Shown here in pieces: positions 35,058 through 44,306 of a stretch of 64,000 bases of DNA. Each line of letters starts with the position of its first letter. Position 1 is the stretch's first letter. Both the position numbers and the translations under genes were made by a program. The notes beneath the pieces are model-generated. The model was not told the DNA's origin and ran no database searches. It worked only from the letters and a program-made list of their open reading frames with translations. Origin of the DNA: an uncultured Actinomycetota bacterium (GTDB lineage: Bacteria; Actinomycetota; Actinomycetes; Propionibacteriales; Nocardioidaceae). Where the stretch lies: positions 571,512-635,511 of the forward strand of contig CAWARQ010000002.1 of assembly GCA_963784545.1 (NCBI GenBank), given 5' to 3'.

Positions 35058-36448
35058 CCGCACCCGACCACGTCGTCAGCACCGGAGCCGACCTCTTCGC
35101 CGACGCCCTCGACGCCCAGGCCGTCGGAGTCGACCGCGTGGAGTGGCGCCCGCCGATGCCCGGCACCGAGTCCGACCTCTCCACCGTCGCCCTGGATCCG
35201 AGACGGCCCGCCGCCAACCAGCAGGCGCTCGAGGCCATGCTCGGTGTCACCGCGCGTCTGGTCGACGTCGCACCGGCCTCCGAGCTCCTCGGCCTCGAGC
35301 GGGGACAGTTCCTGCACGCGGGCCCGCCGATCGCCTGGGAGCGCGCCAGCGGCCCGCTGCGCGGCGCCCTCATGGGGGCTGCGGCGCTGGAGGGTCTGGT
35401 CGAGGACCCGGAGGACGCCGAGGCGCTGTTCGCCCATGGCGACTCGGTCTCGCTCGAGCCCTGCCACCACCGGAGCGCGGTCGGCCCGATGGCCGGGGTC
35501 GTCAGCCCGTCGATGTGGATGTGGGTGCTCGAGGACGGTGCCGACGGGGACCGCCGGACGTACTGCACCTTGAACGAGGGCCTCGGCAAGGTGCTGCGCT
35601 ACGGCGCCTACGGCCCCGAGGTGCTCGACCGGCTGCGCTGGATGAACGACGTCCTCGGGCCGCTGCTCCGGGCCGCCGTACGCCGCGTGGGTGCGGACTC
35701 CGGTCCGGTCGACGTCACCGGGATCCTCACGCAGATGCTGCAGATGGGCGACGAGGCGCACAACCGCAACCGGGCCGGGACGCTCATGCTGCTGCGCGAC
35801 CTCGGCCCGGCGATGGTGACCTCCGGCGACCCGGTCGACGTGGCGGAGGCGTTGCGCTTCGTCGGCGGCAACGACCACTTCTTCCTCAACCTCGCGATGC
35901 CGGCCTGCAAGCTGGCGCTCGACGCCGGCCGCGACATCCCCGGCTCCACGATGGTCGTCGCGATGGCCCGCAACGGCACCGACTTCGGCATCCAGGTCTC
36001 CGGCACCGGCGACGAGTGGTTCACCGGGCCGGCCCAGCTGGCCGACGGGCTGTTCCTCGGCGACTACGGCCCCGAAGACGCCAACCCGGACATCGGGGAC
36101 TCGGCGATCACCGAGACGGCCGGGATCGGGGGGTTCGCGATGGCGACCGCTCCCGCGATCGTGCGGTTCGTGGGTGGCTCGGTGCCGGACGCGCTGGCCA
36201 CCACCCGCCGCATGCACGAGATCACGCTCGGGGAGAACCCGCGCTGGGCGGTCCCGGTCCTGGAGTTCCAGGGCACCCCGACCGGCATCGACGTCGCCAA
36301 GGTCTGCCGGACCGGCATCCTCCCCCAGATCAACACCGGCATGGCCGGCCGCGTCGCCGGGGTCGGTCAGGTCGGCGCGGGGCTCGTCACTCCGCCGGCC
36401 GAGATCTTCCCCGCGGCGCTCCGCCGGCTGGCCGAGCTCGCCGGCTGA
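35054..36448 (+). CDS. DUF1116 protein (YlbE/AllG-like)
   Basis: FLHAGPPIAW, PCHHRSAVGPMAG, LNEGLGKVLRYGA, MGDEAHNRN, MARNG, DIGDSAITETAGIGG, INTGMAG. Confidence 0.9.
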   Translation: MTAPDHVVSTGADLFADALDAQAVGVDRVEWRPPMPGTESDLSTVALDPRRPAANQQALEAMLGVTARLVDVAPASELLGLERGQFLHAGPPIAWERASGPLRGALMGAAALEGLVEDPEDAEALFAHGDSVSLEPCHHRSAVGPMAGVVSPSMWMWVLEDGADGDRRTYCTLNEGLGKVLRYGAYGPEVLDRLRWMNDVLGPLLRAAVRRVGADSGPVDVTGILTQMLQMGDEAHNRNRAGTLMLLRDLGPAMVTSGDPVDVAEALRFVGGNDHFFLNLAMPACKLALDAGRDIPGSTMVVAMARNGTDFGIQVSGTGDEWFTGPAQLADGLFLGDYGPEDANPDIGDSAITETAGIGGFAMATAPAIVRFVGGSVPDALATTRRMHEITLGENPRWAVPVLEFQGTPTGIDVAKVCRTGILPQINTGMAGRVAGVGQVGAGLVTPPAEIFPAALRRLAELAG

Positions 36449-36451
36449 GCG

Positions 36452-36523
36452 CATGTAACACCGTGTTCCACATCTAACGACGCGAAGTTTCGCCGTGGTA
36501 GATGTGGAACACGGTGTTACATG
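36452..36523. repeat. Perfect 25-bp inverted repeat with 22-nt structured spacer
   Basis: CATGTAACACCGTGTTCCACATCTA (36452-36476) and TAGATGTGGAACACGGTGTTACATG (36499-36523), between convergent genes. Confidence 0.9.
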
Positions 36524-36542
36524 AGCCCGGCCCCGAGCGGCG

Positions 36543-36869
36543 TCACCCGAGGTGGGGCTCTGCGAAGGCGGCGGCCAGGTCGACGCGGGTGCGGACACCG
36601 GACTCCTTGAGCGGGGTGCCCTCGTCGCGGTAGCGCGCCAGGGCCTCGCCCTGGTGGGACGGCGGGAGGGTGCCGTCGGAGCGCACGACCCGCCACCACG
36701 GCACGGGTCCGCCGTGGCGGGCCATCACGTTCCCGACCTGCCGCGGTCCCCCGCCGCCGAGCACGTCGCCGACGACGAGCGCGATCGCGCCGTACGTCGT
36801 GACCCGGCCGGACGGCACCGACTCGGCGCAGCGCAGCACCAGCTCGGCGTACTCCTCCGGATCGATCAC
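36543..36869 (-). CDS. MGMT family / alkyltransferase-like (Atl) DNA-binding protein
   Basis: VPSGRVTTYGAIA...GPRQVG...PWWRVV; Trp in place of the catalytic Cys, as in Atl proteins; GTG 36869. Confidence 0.88.
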   Translation of the reverse strand: MIDPEEYAELVLRCAESVPSGRVTTYGAIALVVGDVLGGGGPRQVGNVMARHGGPVPWWRVVRSDGTLPPSHQGEALARYRDEGTPLKESGVRTRVDLAAAFAEPHLG

Positions 36870-37399
36870 GAGATCTCCTGCGGCGCCATCAGCGTCGCGA
36901 CCACCGCCGCTCCTGCGATGGCGAGCATGCCGGTCACCCACATCCACGGCGGCGCGGGCTGGTCGCGGATCGCCAGCGCCAGGAGGTACAGGGCCGGGAC
37001 CGGCAGGTAGACCAGGATCCCGCGCCGGAGCCAGAGCAGTACCAGCGGCCGGGAGACGGGCAGCGAGGGCGGTCCGTAGCCGGCGAGCGTCAGGCACAGG
37101 TGGGTCGCCAGCACGCACGCGGCCGCGCCCAGGACGGCGGGGTGGTCCAGGTCGCGGAAGGCCAGGCCCCACCACGCGACCACCACTCCGAGCAAGGCGG
37201 CTCCGGCCGTTGACTCCGGAGCGAGCGCGGCGAACAGGCCGAGGCCGAGGACGAGGATCACCAGCTTCGGGTCGGGGCGGACCCCCGAGACCGCCGTCAA
37301 CCAGACGGCCCCCTGGGTGAGCACCAGCACCAGCCCGCGCAGCACCACCTGGCCGCGGGTCCAGCGGCCGGAGGTGACGCGCAGCCACCACGCCGTCAT
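36866..37399 (-). CDS. Hypothetical membrane protein of the MoxR cluster
   Basis: Several hydrophobic helices; 4-nt overlaps with both neighbours. Confidence 0.75.
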   Translation of the reverse strand: MTAWWLRVTSGRWTRGQVVLRGLVLVLTQGAVWLTAVSGVRPDPKLVILVLGLGLFAALAPESTAGAALLGVVVAWWGLAFRDLDHPAVLGAAACVLATHLCLTLAGYGPPSLPVSRPLVLLWLRRGILVYLPVPALYLLALAIRDQPAPPWMWVTGMLAIAGAAVVATLMAPQEIS

Positions 37400-38706
37400 C
37401 GGACCCGCACCTGGGGGACCTGGGAGCGGCGGGCGAGCCGCATCAGCACCTCGTCGAGGGTGCCCGGGCCCAGCCAGCGCACGATCGGGCAGCCCGCTCC
37501 GGCGAGCATCGCCAGGACGGCGTCCCGCTCCAGCCGGCGGATCCGCCAGGCCAGCTCGGCGGTCACCGGGTCCTGCCCCTCGATCCGGGCGGGCACGACC
37601 TCCTCGGGCAGGGTGTCGATCACCAGCACGGTCAGCCCCCGGGCGACGAGCGAGGCCGCGGTCGTCGCGACGAGCGAGGAGAGCATCGGGGTCAGGACGA
37701 GGACGATCGTCCCGGCCGTGGCACGCACCTGGATGCGGGTGAGGTCGCGCGGCTCACCCGGTCGCACCCGGGAGAGCAGCCCCTGGATCCGGCGCAGCTG
37801 CCGACGACCGGCCCGCGGCGGCGCGTGCTCCTGCCCGAGCCCGGCCACCCGCAAGGAGACGCGGTCGCCGGTGCGGATGTAGTGCTCCGCCACCGCGGCC
37901 GCCGCCCGCACGGTGATGTCGAGGCTGCTCGCGGCGCCGTCCACCCCGCCCGACTGCCCGTGGTCGCCCAGTGCGTCGACGAGGAGCAGGATGCTGGCGT
38001 CCTCCTCCGAGAGCGCGCTGACCACGTGCAGGTCCTGCGAGCGCGCAGACACGCGCCAGTTGATCCGGCGCAACCGGTCGCCGGCCCGGAAGGGCCGGAT
38101 CGAGGCGAACTCCGACCCGTCACCCGTACGCCGGGAGCGGTGCTGCCCGACCAGGCCGAGCGGCTGCGGCACGGCCGCGTGGGCGTCGAACGGCGCCGGC
38201 TGCGGCAGCACGAACATCTCCGGGCCGCCCTGCCGCATGAGGCCGGTGAGCTTGCCCGGCCCGACCCGGAACCCGCACCAGGGACTGGTGAGTCCCACGT
38301 ACTCCGAGCCGACGTGGCGGGCTCCCCACCGCCGAGGGCTCACCTCGAGGACCGGGTGGGGCTCGGTCCTGGTGAGGTAGCCGAGGTTCCCGTCGGCGGG
38401 ATGCAGCGCGACGTGCTCCGCGGGGATCGCGACGCGGGTGATGTGCTCGATCCCCTCCGGCACCGTGCTGAACACCAGGCGGGTCCGCGTGCCCTGTCCC
38501 TCGTGCAGCTGTGGGTGGTCGATCCGGGTGTACATCTCCGGTGGGTCGGTCCGGGGCCGCGTGAGCAGCCCCATCGCGACCACCAGGGCGAAGGGGGCGG
38601 CGACGATCAGGGGGGTGGGGTCGCCCAGAGCCACGCCCATCCCGAGCCCCAGCGCCGCCAGGAACAAGGCCCGGACCAGCGAGGTCGTCGCGAGCCACGC
38701 GGTCAC
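37396..38706 (-). CDS. DUF58 domain protein
   Basis: EFASIRPFRAGDRLRRINWRVSAR motif; follows a MoxR ATPase. Confidence 0.9.
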   Translation of the reverse strand: MTAWLATTSLVRALFLAALGLGMGVALGDPTPLIVAAPFALVVAMGLLTRPRTDPPEMYTRIDHPQLHEGQGTRTRLVFSTVPEGIEHITRVAIPAEHVALHPADGNLGYLTRTEPHPVLEVSPRRWGARHVGSEYVGLTSPWCGFRVGPGKLTGLMRQGGPEMFVLPQPAPFDAHAAVPQPLGLVGQHRSRRTGDGSEFASIRPFRAGDRLRRINWRVSARSQDLHVVSALSEEDASILLLVDALGDHGQSGGVDGAASSLDITVRAAAAVAEHYIRTGDRVSLRVAGLGQEHAPPRAGRRQLRRIQGLLSRVRPGEPRDLTRIQVRATAGTIVLVLTPMLSSLVATTAASLVARGLTVLVIDTLPEEVVPARIEGQDPVTAELAWRIRRLERDAVLAMLAGAGCPIVRWLGPGTLDEVLMRLARRSQVPQVRVR

Positions 38707-39680
38707 GCGGAAGGGGCCTCTCGCGTGCTCGGGGTGGGGACGTCGCGCAGGACCGCGTCCACCACGCGGGTGCCGCTCGTCTGCGTCATCCAGAGCTCCG
38801 GTCGGATGGCGACCCGGTGCCCGAGGACGGCGCGGGCGACGACCTTCACGTCCTCCGGTACGACGTAGTCGCGGCCGCGCAGCACGGCGAACGCCCGCGC
38901 GGCCAGCATCAGTCCCAACGACCCTCGGGGCGAGGCGCCGGTGAGTGCGTCGGTGTGTTCGCGGGTCGCGGCGGCGAGGTCGACGCAGTAGCGCCCGACG
39001 GTGTCGTCGACCTCGACGGACTCGACCGCCGCCTGCATCGCCAGCAACCCGTCGGTGTCGGTCACCGCCGGGACCTGAGCCTCCTCCTGCCGCCGGCGGA
39101 GGCGGTTGCGGAGGACGTCGTGCTCCTGCTCCAGCGTGGGGTAGCCGAAGGAGACCCGCATGAGGAAGCGGTCGAGCTGGGCCTCGGGCAACGGGTACGT
39201 CCCCTCGTACTCGATCGGGTTCGCGGTGGCCAGCACGTGGAAGGGCCTCGCGAGGGGGAACGTCTCGCCCTCGACGGTGACCTGCCCTTCCTGCATCGCC
39301 TCGAGCAGCGCGGACTGCGTCTTCGGCGGCGTCCGGTTGATCTCGTCGGCCAGCAGCAGGCCGGTGAAGATCGGGCCGCGGCGGAACTCGAAGCTGCCCT
39401 CGCGCTGGTTGTAGAGGAAGGAGCCGGTGAGGTCGGCCGGCAGCAGGTCGGGCGTGAACTGGGCCCGGGCGAAGTCCAGGCCCAGCGCTTGGGCGAAGGA
39501 GCGCGCGGCCAGCGTCTTGCCGAGCCCTGGGAAGTCCTCGAGCAGCACGTGCCCCTTGGCCAGGATCGCCGCGAGCACGAGGGTGAGCGGCTCGCGCTTG
39601 CCCACCACCACCTCGCCCACGGCGTCCAGCACCGCGCCGGCCCGTTCGCTCGCCTCGGCGGGTGTCATCACGTCACTCAT
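38703..39680 (-). CDS. MoxR family AAA+ ATPase
   Basis: HVLLEDFPGLGKT, FTPDLLPADLTG, LADEINRTPPKTQSALLEAM, ATANPIEYEGTYPLPEAQLDRF; ATG 39680. Confidence 0.95.
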   Translation of the reverse strand: MSDVMTPAEASERAGAVLDAVGEVVVGKREPLTLVLAAILAKGHVLLEDFPGLGKTLAARSFAQALGLDFARAQFTPDLLPADLTGSFLYNQREGSFEFRRGPIFTGLLLADEINRTPPKTQSALLEAMQEGQVTVEGETFPLARPFHVLATANPIEYEGTYPLPEAQLDRFLMRVSFGYPTLEQEHDVLRNRLRRRQEEAQVPAVTDTDGLLAMQAAVESVEVDDTVGRYCVDLAAATREHTDALTGASPRGSLGLMLAARAFAVLRGRDYVVPEDVKVVARAVLGHRVAIRPELWMTQTSGTRVVDAVLRDVPTPSTREAPSA

Positions 39681-40150
39681 AGCTCCTCGATCCTCGTCAC
39701 GATCCGGTCGATCTCGGTCTTGGTCAGCCGGCGCACGGGGCCGCGAAGCACGTCCAGCGTGCGGGTGTCCAGCAGGTCGGCGGCCTCGGGGTCGGACAGC
39801 CCGACCCCGTGGTTCTGGCGCAACCGCGCCTCGGCCAGCCGGGCGAGGCGGTCGCGCAGCATCGGCGTGGGCTCGGAGGTGGTCAGGTGGTTCTCCAGCA
39901 TCCGCATCGCCGAGTTGGTCCCGACGTCCAGCCCGAGCGGGCGCATGGAGACCGTCTCCTGGGGCTTCCAGCCGATGGGGGCGTCCCCGAACGACTGGTA
40001 CGCGACGGAGAAGAGGGCGGTCCCGACCGCGACGTACAGCGTCAGCAGGGCGAGGTCGGGGCGGAAGTCCATGACGGTGGCCACCACCCAGGCCAGGACG
40101 GTGATGATGACGGCGAACGGGATCCGGAGCAGCCACTGGCGGACGGTCAT
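39677..40150 (-). CDS. Hypothetical membrane protein of the MoxR cluster
   Basis: Two N-terminal TM helices; coupled overlaps on both sides. Confidence 0.75.
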   Translation of the reverse strand: MTVRQWLLRIPFAVIITVLAWVVATVMDFRPDLALLTLYVAVGTALFSVAYQSFGDAPIGWKPQETVSMRPLGLDVGTNSAMRMLENHLTTSEPTPMLRDRLARLAEARLRQNHGVGLSDPEAADLLDTRTLDVLRGPVRRLTKTEIDRIVTRIEEL

Positions 40151-40878
40151 CGGCGCGCCCTCCGCTCCAGCAGGCTGCCCTGGATCGCGAGCAGGGCCGT
40201 CCGGGCGTCGGCCCTCGCCTGCTCGCCCATCGGGTGGGTGGAGTAGCGGGCCTCCCGGTAGAGGCCTTCCAGCCGCATCACGGCGCCGCGGTCGGCGGAG
40301 ACGACCGCGAGCATGCGCAGCACGAACTCCGACGAGGTCTCCCAGGACCGGCGCCCGTACCCGAGCTCGTCCGCACTGACCTCGAACCTCTCCCAGGCTG
40401 CCACGATGGCGTTGCGCGGCTCTCCGTCGTCCAGCAGCCCGAGCGCGGCCTGGGTCTCCCGCTCCACCCGTTCGGGCGACGGGACCGGCTCCTCGAGCAC
40501 GTCGAACTCCAGGTGCTCGCGCCGCTCGGGCGCGCGCACCCGTTCGCGCCAGGCCCGCAGAGTCCGGCGCACGAGCCTGGCCAGGAGCCAGATCAGCACA
40601 CCGGCGAGCAGCAGCTCGACCAGCAGGGCGATCAGCTTGAGGACCGGACTGGCCTCCCCCGGGTGTTCCAGGGTCCGTTCGACGTCGTTGTTGCTCGACA
40701 CCGACGGCGACGGTGACTCGCTCGTCGGCGACGCGACGTCGGTGACCCGTTCGAGCCCCGGGCCACGCAGCGCCCGGTCCGGCCCGATGGAGGCCGCCCA
40801 GAGGGCGACGACCAGGAGCAGGCAGACAGCGCCCACCACCGCCGCCACCGAGGTCACGGCGGCTCGACGGGGCGTCAT
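40147..40878 (-). CDS. DUF4129 domain membrane protein
   Basis: PRNAIVAAW...WETSSEFVLR...LYREARYSTH pattern. Confidence 0.82.
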   Translation of the reverse strand: MTPRRAAVTSVAAVVGAVCLLLVVALWAASIGPDRALRGPGLERVTDVASPTSESPSPSVSSNNDVERTLEHPGEASPVLKLIALLVELLLAGVLIWLLARLVRRTLRAWRERVRAPERREHLEFDVLEEPVPSPERVERETQAALGLLDDGEPRNAIVAAWERFEVSADELGYGRRSWETSSEFVLRMLAVVSADRGAVMRLEGLYREARYSTHPMGEQARADARTALLAIQGSLLERRARR

Positions 40879-40937
40879 GCGCCAGAACCTACCCGCGGCG
40901 TCCGGGGTTGCCGACGACCCGATCGATCACAGTGTGG

Positions 40938-41774
40938 TCACGGCGTGAGGCCGGAGAACGGCTCCGTGCCCTGGACCAGCCGCAGGCCGGCGATGCCGGA
41001 GTGCTGCTGGGCGAAGGCGAGCTCCTTGGCCAGGGAGCCGACGCCGTTGGACCCCACGGTCGGGGCAAGCGTGAGCGTCGACAGGACGCCGACCGCCCGC
41101 CCCGAGGAGTCCAGGAAGCCGGAGCCGGAGTCGCCCGGCACGCCCGGGCTGGCCGTGTAGACCTCGAAGCCCCAGCCGGCGTTGGTGCGCTGCAGGGTCA
41201 GGCCCGTCTTGGCCGAGACCGCGTCGGTCGGTCGCAAGCTGGAGTATCCCCAGCTGTAGACCTGGTCGCCCTGCTTCGGTGCGGCGGCCACCCCGGTCGG
41301 TCCCCCCCATGTGGGGACCGAGGGGTTGACCTTCGCGACGTCGCCCTGATCCACGCGAACGAGCGCGAGGTCGTTGGCGGCGCACGTGGGGGCATCCGTG
41401 GTGCCGAGCCGGTGCTCGGTGATCCACGAGCTGTAGACGAGGGTGCCGTGGCCGACGGTGGTGCCCCCGCCGGCCAGCGTGCCCTCGCGCGCGAAGCGCA
41501 CCGAGGTCCCCCGTGGGTGCGAGCCGGACCGGCAGCCGTCGGTGTCGGTGGCCGCTCCCGTGCCCGCGCAGTGGGCCGCGTAGCCGACGTACACGCGGTC
41601 GGCGCGGTCGGTGAAGACGAAGTTGGCGGTGCACTGCGCGCCCTCGGTGTACATCTGCACACCCGGCGTGATGGTGGCGCGGCCGGCAGGTGCCCACCGA
41701 CCCGCCGCGGCCGGTGCCGCGCCGGCGGCGAGGAGGCCGAGAACGACCAGGATGCCGAGAACGGTGCGCTTCAT
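40938..41774 (-). CDS. Secreted chymotrypsin-like serine protease, paralog 1
   Basis: Signal peptide; YAAHC, NDLALV, PGDSGSG triad. Confidence 0.85.
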   Translation of the reverse strand: MKRTVLGILVVLGLLAAGAAPAAAGRWAPAGRATITPGVQMYTEGAQCTANFVFTDRADRVYVGYAAHCAGTGAATDTDGCRSGSHPRGTSVRFAREGTLAGGGTTVGHGTLVYSSWITEHRLGTTDAPTCAANDLALVRVDQGDVAKVNPSVPTWGGPTGVAAAPKQGDQVYSWGYSSLRPTDAVSAKTGLTLQRTNAGWGFEVYTASPGVPGDSGSGFLDSSGRAVGVLSTLTLAPTVGSNGVGSLAKELAFAQQHSGIAGLRLVQGTEPFSGLTP

Positions 41775-41787
41775 ACCGACACAACGA

Positions 41788-41822
41788 GCACCGCCCCGTC
41801 CGAGTCACGGACGGGGCGGTGC
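41788..41822 (-). terminator. Perfect 15-bp hairpin between the two protease genes
   Basis: GCACCGCCCCGTCCG-AGTCA-CGGACGGGGCGGTGC. Confidence 0.65.
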
Positions 41823-41841
41823 CGGAACTGCGCTCGTCACC

Positions 41842-42738
41842 TCACAGGATGGGCGAGAACGGCTCCGTGCCGTTGACCAGCGTGAGGCCGGAGACGCCGT
41901 GCGTGTTCGCGTAGGCCATCTCCTTGGCCAGGTCACCGATGTTGTTCGAGGCCGGGAGCGGCGCCAGGCCGATCGTCGACAGGACACCGACAGCCTTGCC
42001 ACCGTCGCTCATGAAGCCCGAGCCCGAGTCTCCGGGGACGCCGGGGGTCACCGAGTACAGCGGGTGGCTCCAGCCTCCGTCGGCCGGGTCGTCCCCGAGG
42101 CTGACGCCCTGGTGCGGGCTGAGCTGCTCGATGCCGGCTCGCAGGCTGGAGTTGCCGTAGGTGTACAGGTTGTCGCCGAGGTCGGTGCCGTTGGTGTCGA
42201 GGCCCGTCGGGCCGCCCCAGAACGGAACGGTCGGGTTGACCTTGGACACGTCCGCCGCGTTGACCTTGACCAGCGCGAGGTCGTTGTAGGCGCACGCGTT
42301 CGGGTCGGTCTCGCCGGCCTTCTTCATGGCGATCCACGAGCTGTAGGCGAGCGTGCCGCCGCCGACGCGGGTGCCGCCGGAGACGAGCGAGCCGTCCTCG
42401 ACGAAGTCGACCTTGGTGCCCAGCGGCAGGGAGTCGGTGTTGCAGCCGTTGGTGTCCGTGGCCGCACCGGTGCCGGCGCAGTGCGCGGCGTAACCGACGT
42501 AGGTGTTGCCGGCGCCGTCGGTGTAGACGAAGTTGGCGGTGCACTGCGCACCGTCGGTGTACATCATCGTGCCCGGGTGGATCGCGGCCGTGGCGGCCGG
42601 CGCCCAGCTCTGGGCCGTGGTGGCGCTCTTGTGCTTCGCGGCCAGGGCCGGCGCGGACGTGGACGCGGCCACGGCCAGGGCGACGGACGCACCGGCGGCT
42701 GCCACTCCCGCCAGGCGGCGCTTGATGGTGATGCTCAT
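41842..42738 (-). CDS. Secreted chymotrypsin-like serine protease, paralog 2
   Basis: MSITIKRRLAG signal peptide; YAAHC, NDLALV, PGDSGSG; ATG 42738 with GGAGG SD. Confidence 0.85.
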   Translation of the reverse strand: MSITIKRRLAGVAAAGASVALAVAASTSAPALAAKHKSATTAQSWAPAATAAIHPGTMMYTDGAQCTANFVYTDGAGNTYVGYAAHCAGTGAATDTNGCNTDSLPLGTKVDFVEDGSLVSGGTRVGGGTLAYSSWIAMKKAGETDPNACAYNDLALVKVNAADVSKVNPTVPFWGGPTGLDTNGTDLGDNLYTYGNSSLRAGIEQLSPHQGVSLGDDPADGGWSHPLYSVTPGVPGDSGSGFMSDGGKAVGVLSTIGLAPLPASNNIGDLAKEMAYANTHGVSGLTLVNGTEPFSPIL

Positions 42739-42858
42739 TGGAGTTCCTCCCTCGGTTGCCGGCGTGCCGGCAGGGGTCAGTAGCTCGTGCACCAGGTGCA
42801 ACGAGCCGACCCGGGAAGGGTTACGCGCAGATAGTCAATTCGGACTAGTCCCCGGCCG

Positions 42859-44058
42859 TCAGTACGACGGCTGGGAGGGGTCGACCTGGTTGACCCAGGC
42901 CACCACGCCACCACCCACGTGGACGGCGTCGGAGTAGCCCGCGCCCTTGAGCACCGCCAGCGCCTCGGCGGAGCGCACGCCCGACTTGCAGTGCAGCACC
43001 ACCGGCGTGTCCTGGGAGAGCTGCTCGAAGGCGTTGCCGTTGAGGAACTCCCCCTTGGGGATCAGCACGGAGCCGGGGATCTTGTTGATCTCGTACTCGT
43101 TCGGCTCGCGCACGTCGACCAGCACGAAGTCCCGGGTGCCCTCGTCGCGCTCCTTGAGCATGTGCTCGAGCGTGGTGACCGAGATCGTGGAGCCGGCGGC
43201 CGCCTCGGCGGCGTCCTCACTGATCGCCCCGCAGAAGGCCTCGTAGTCGATCAGCTCGGTCACGGTGGGGTTGTCCCCGCACAGCGCGCAGCCGGGGTCC
43301 TTGCGGACCCTGAGCTTGCGCCACTCCAGCTCGAGGGCGTCGTAGATGACCAGCCGGCCGATCGCCGGGTCGCCGATGCCGGTCAGCAGCTTGATCGCCT
43401 CGTTCACCTGGATCGAGCCGATGCTGGCGCACAGGACGCCGAGGACGCCGCCTTCGGCGCAGGAGGGGACCATGCCCGGCGGCGGCGGCTCGGGGTACAG
43501 GCAGCGGTAGCAGGGCGCGTCGTCGGCGAGCGTCGGCGCGAAGACCGAGGCCTGGCCGTCGAAGCGGTAGATCGAGCCCCAGACGTAGGGGATGCCGAGG
43601 AAGTACGCCGCGTCGTTGACCATGTAGCGGGTCGCGAAGTTGTCGGTGCCGTCGACGATCAGGTCGTAGCCGCGGAACACGTCCAGGACGTTGTCGTTGT
43701 CGAGCCGCTCCTCGTGCAGCACGACGTCGACCAGCGGGTTGACCTCGTGCACGGACTCCTTGGCCGACTGCGCCTTGGACCGGCCCACGTCGGACTGGCC
43801 GTGGATGACCTGGCGCTGGAGGTTGGACTCGTCGACCTCGTCGAACTCCGCGATCCCCAAGGTGCCCACACCGGCCGCGGCCAGGTACAGCAGCGCAGGG
43901 CTCCCGAGCCCGCCGGCGCCGATGACCAGCACCTTGGCGTTCTTCAGGCGCTTCTGCCCGGTCATGCCGACGTCCGGGATGATGAGGTGCCGGCTGTAGC
44001 GGCGTACCTCGTCGATGGTGAGCTCCTCGGCAGGCTCGACGAGCGGCGCGAAGGTCAC
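42859..44058 (-). CDS. moeZ: Adenylyltransferase/sulfurtransferase MoeZ (MoeB plus rhodanese)
   Basis: RRYSRHLIIPDVG, GAGGLGSP, DESNLQRQ, CYRCLYP, rhodanese HCKSGVRS; GTG 44058 with GGAGG SD. Confidence 0.95.
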   Translation of the reverse strand: MTFAPLVEPAEELTIDEVRRYSRHLIIPDVGMTGQKRLKNAKVLVIGAGGLGSPALLYLAAAGVGTLGIAEFDEVDESNLQRQVIHGQSDVGRSKAQSAKESVHEVNPLVDVVLHEERLDNDNVLDVFRGYDLIVDGTDNFATRYMVNDAAYFLGIPYVWGSIYRFDGQASVFAPTLADDAPCYRCLYPEPPPPGMVPSCAEGGVLGVLCASIGSIQVNEAIKLLTGIGDPAIGRLVIYDALELEWRKLRVRKDPGCALCGDNPTVTELIDYEAFCGAISEDAAEAAAGSTISVTTLEHMLKERDEGTRDFVLVDVREPNEYEINKIPGSVLIPKGEFLNGNAFEQLSQDTPVVLHCKSGVRSAEALAVLKGAGYSDAVHVGGGVVAWVNQVDPSQPSY

Positions 44059-44097
44059 GAGATTCCTCCAGTAATCGGTTTCGGGCGGGTGACCGGT

Positions 44098-44124
44098 CAA
44101 CCACCGGCAGTCCCGACTTCTTCC
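44098..44124 (-). promoter_or_regulatory. SigR/SigH-type promoter for moeZ
   Basis: Minus strand GGAAG (44124-44120), 18 nt, then GTTG (44101-44098). Confidence 0.6.
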
Positions 44125-44306
44125 CACCATGGTGATGGTCGAGGAGGCGACGACCCCACGGCGACCGGGATGCGGACTGCCCTTTCGGGCACCGACCGAA
44201 GGTTCTTGGGCCCAACGGTTGATCCACCCACGATCTTCGGTGAGTGTGCTGTCCGGCGGCCCCTTCGTCGTCTCGGGCCACGTCTCCCACCTTCGAAAGG
44301 TCCCTC

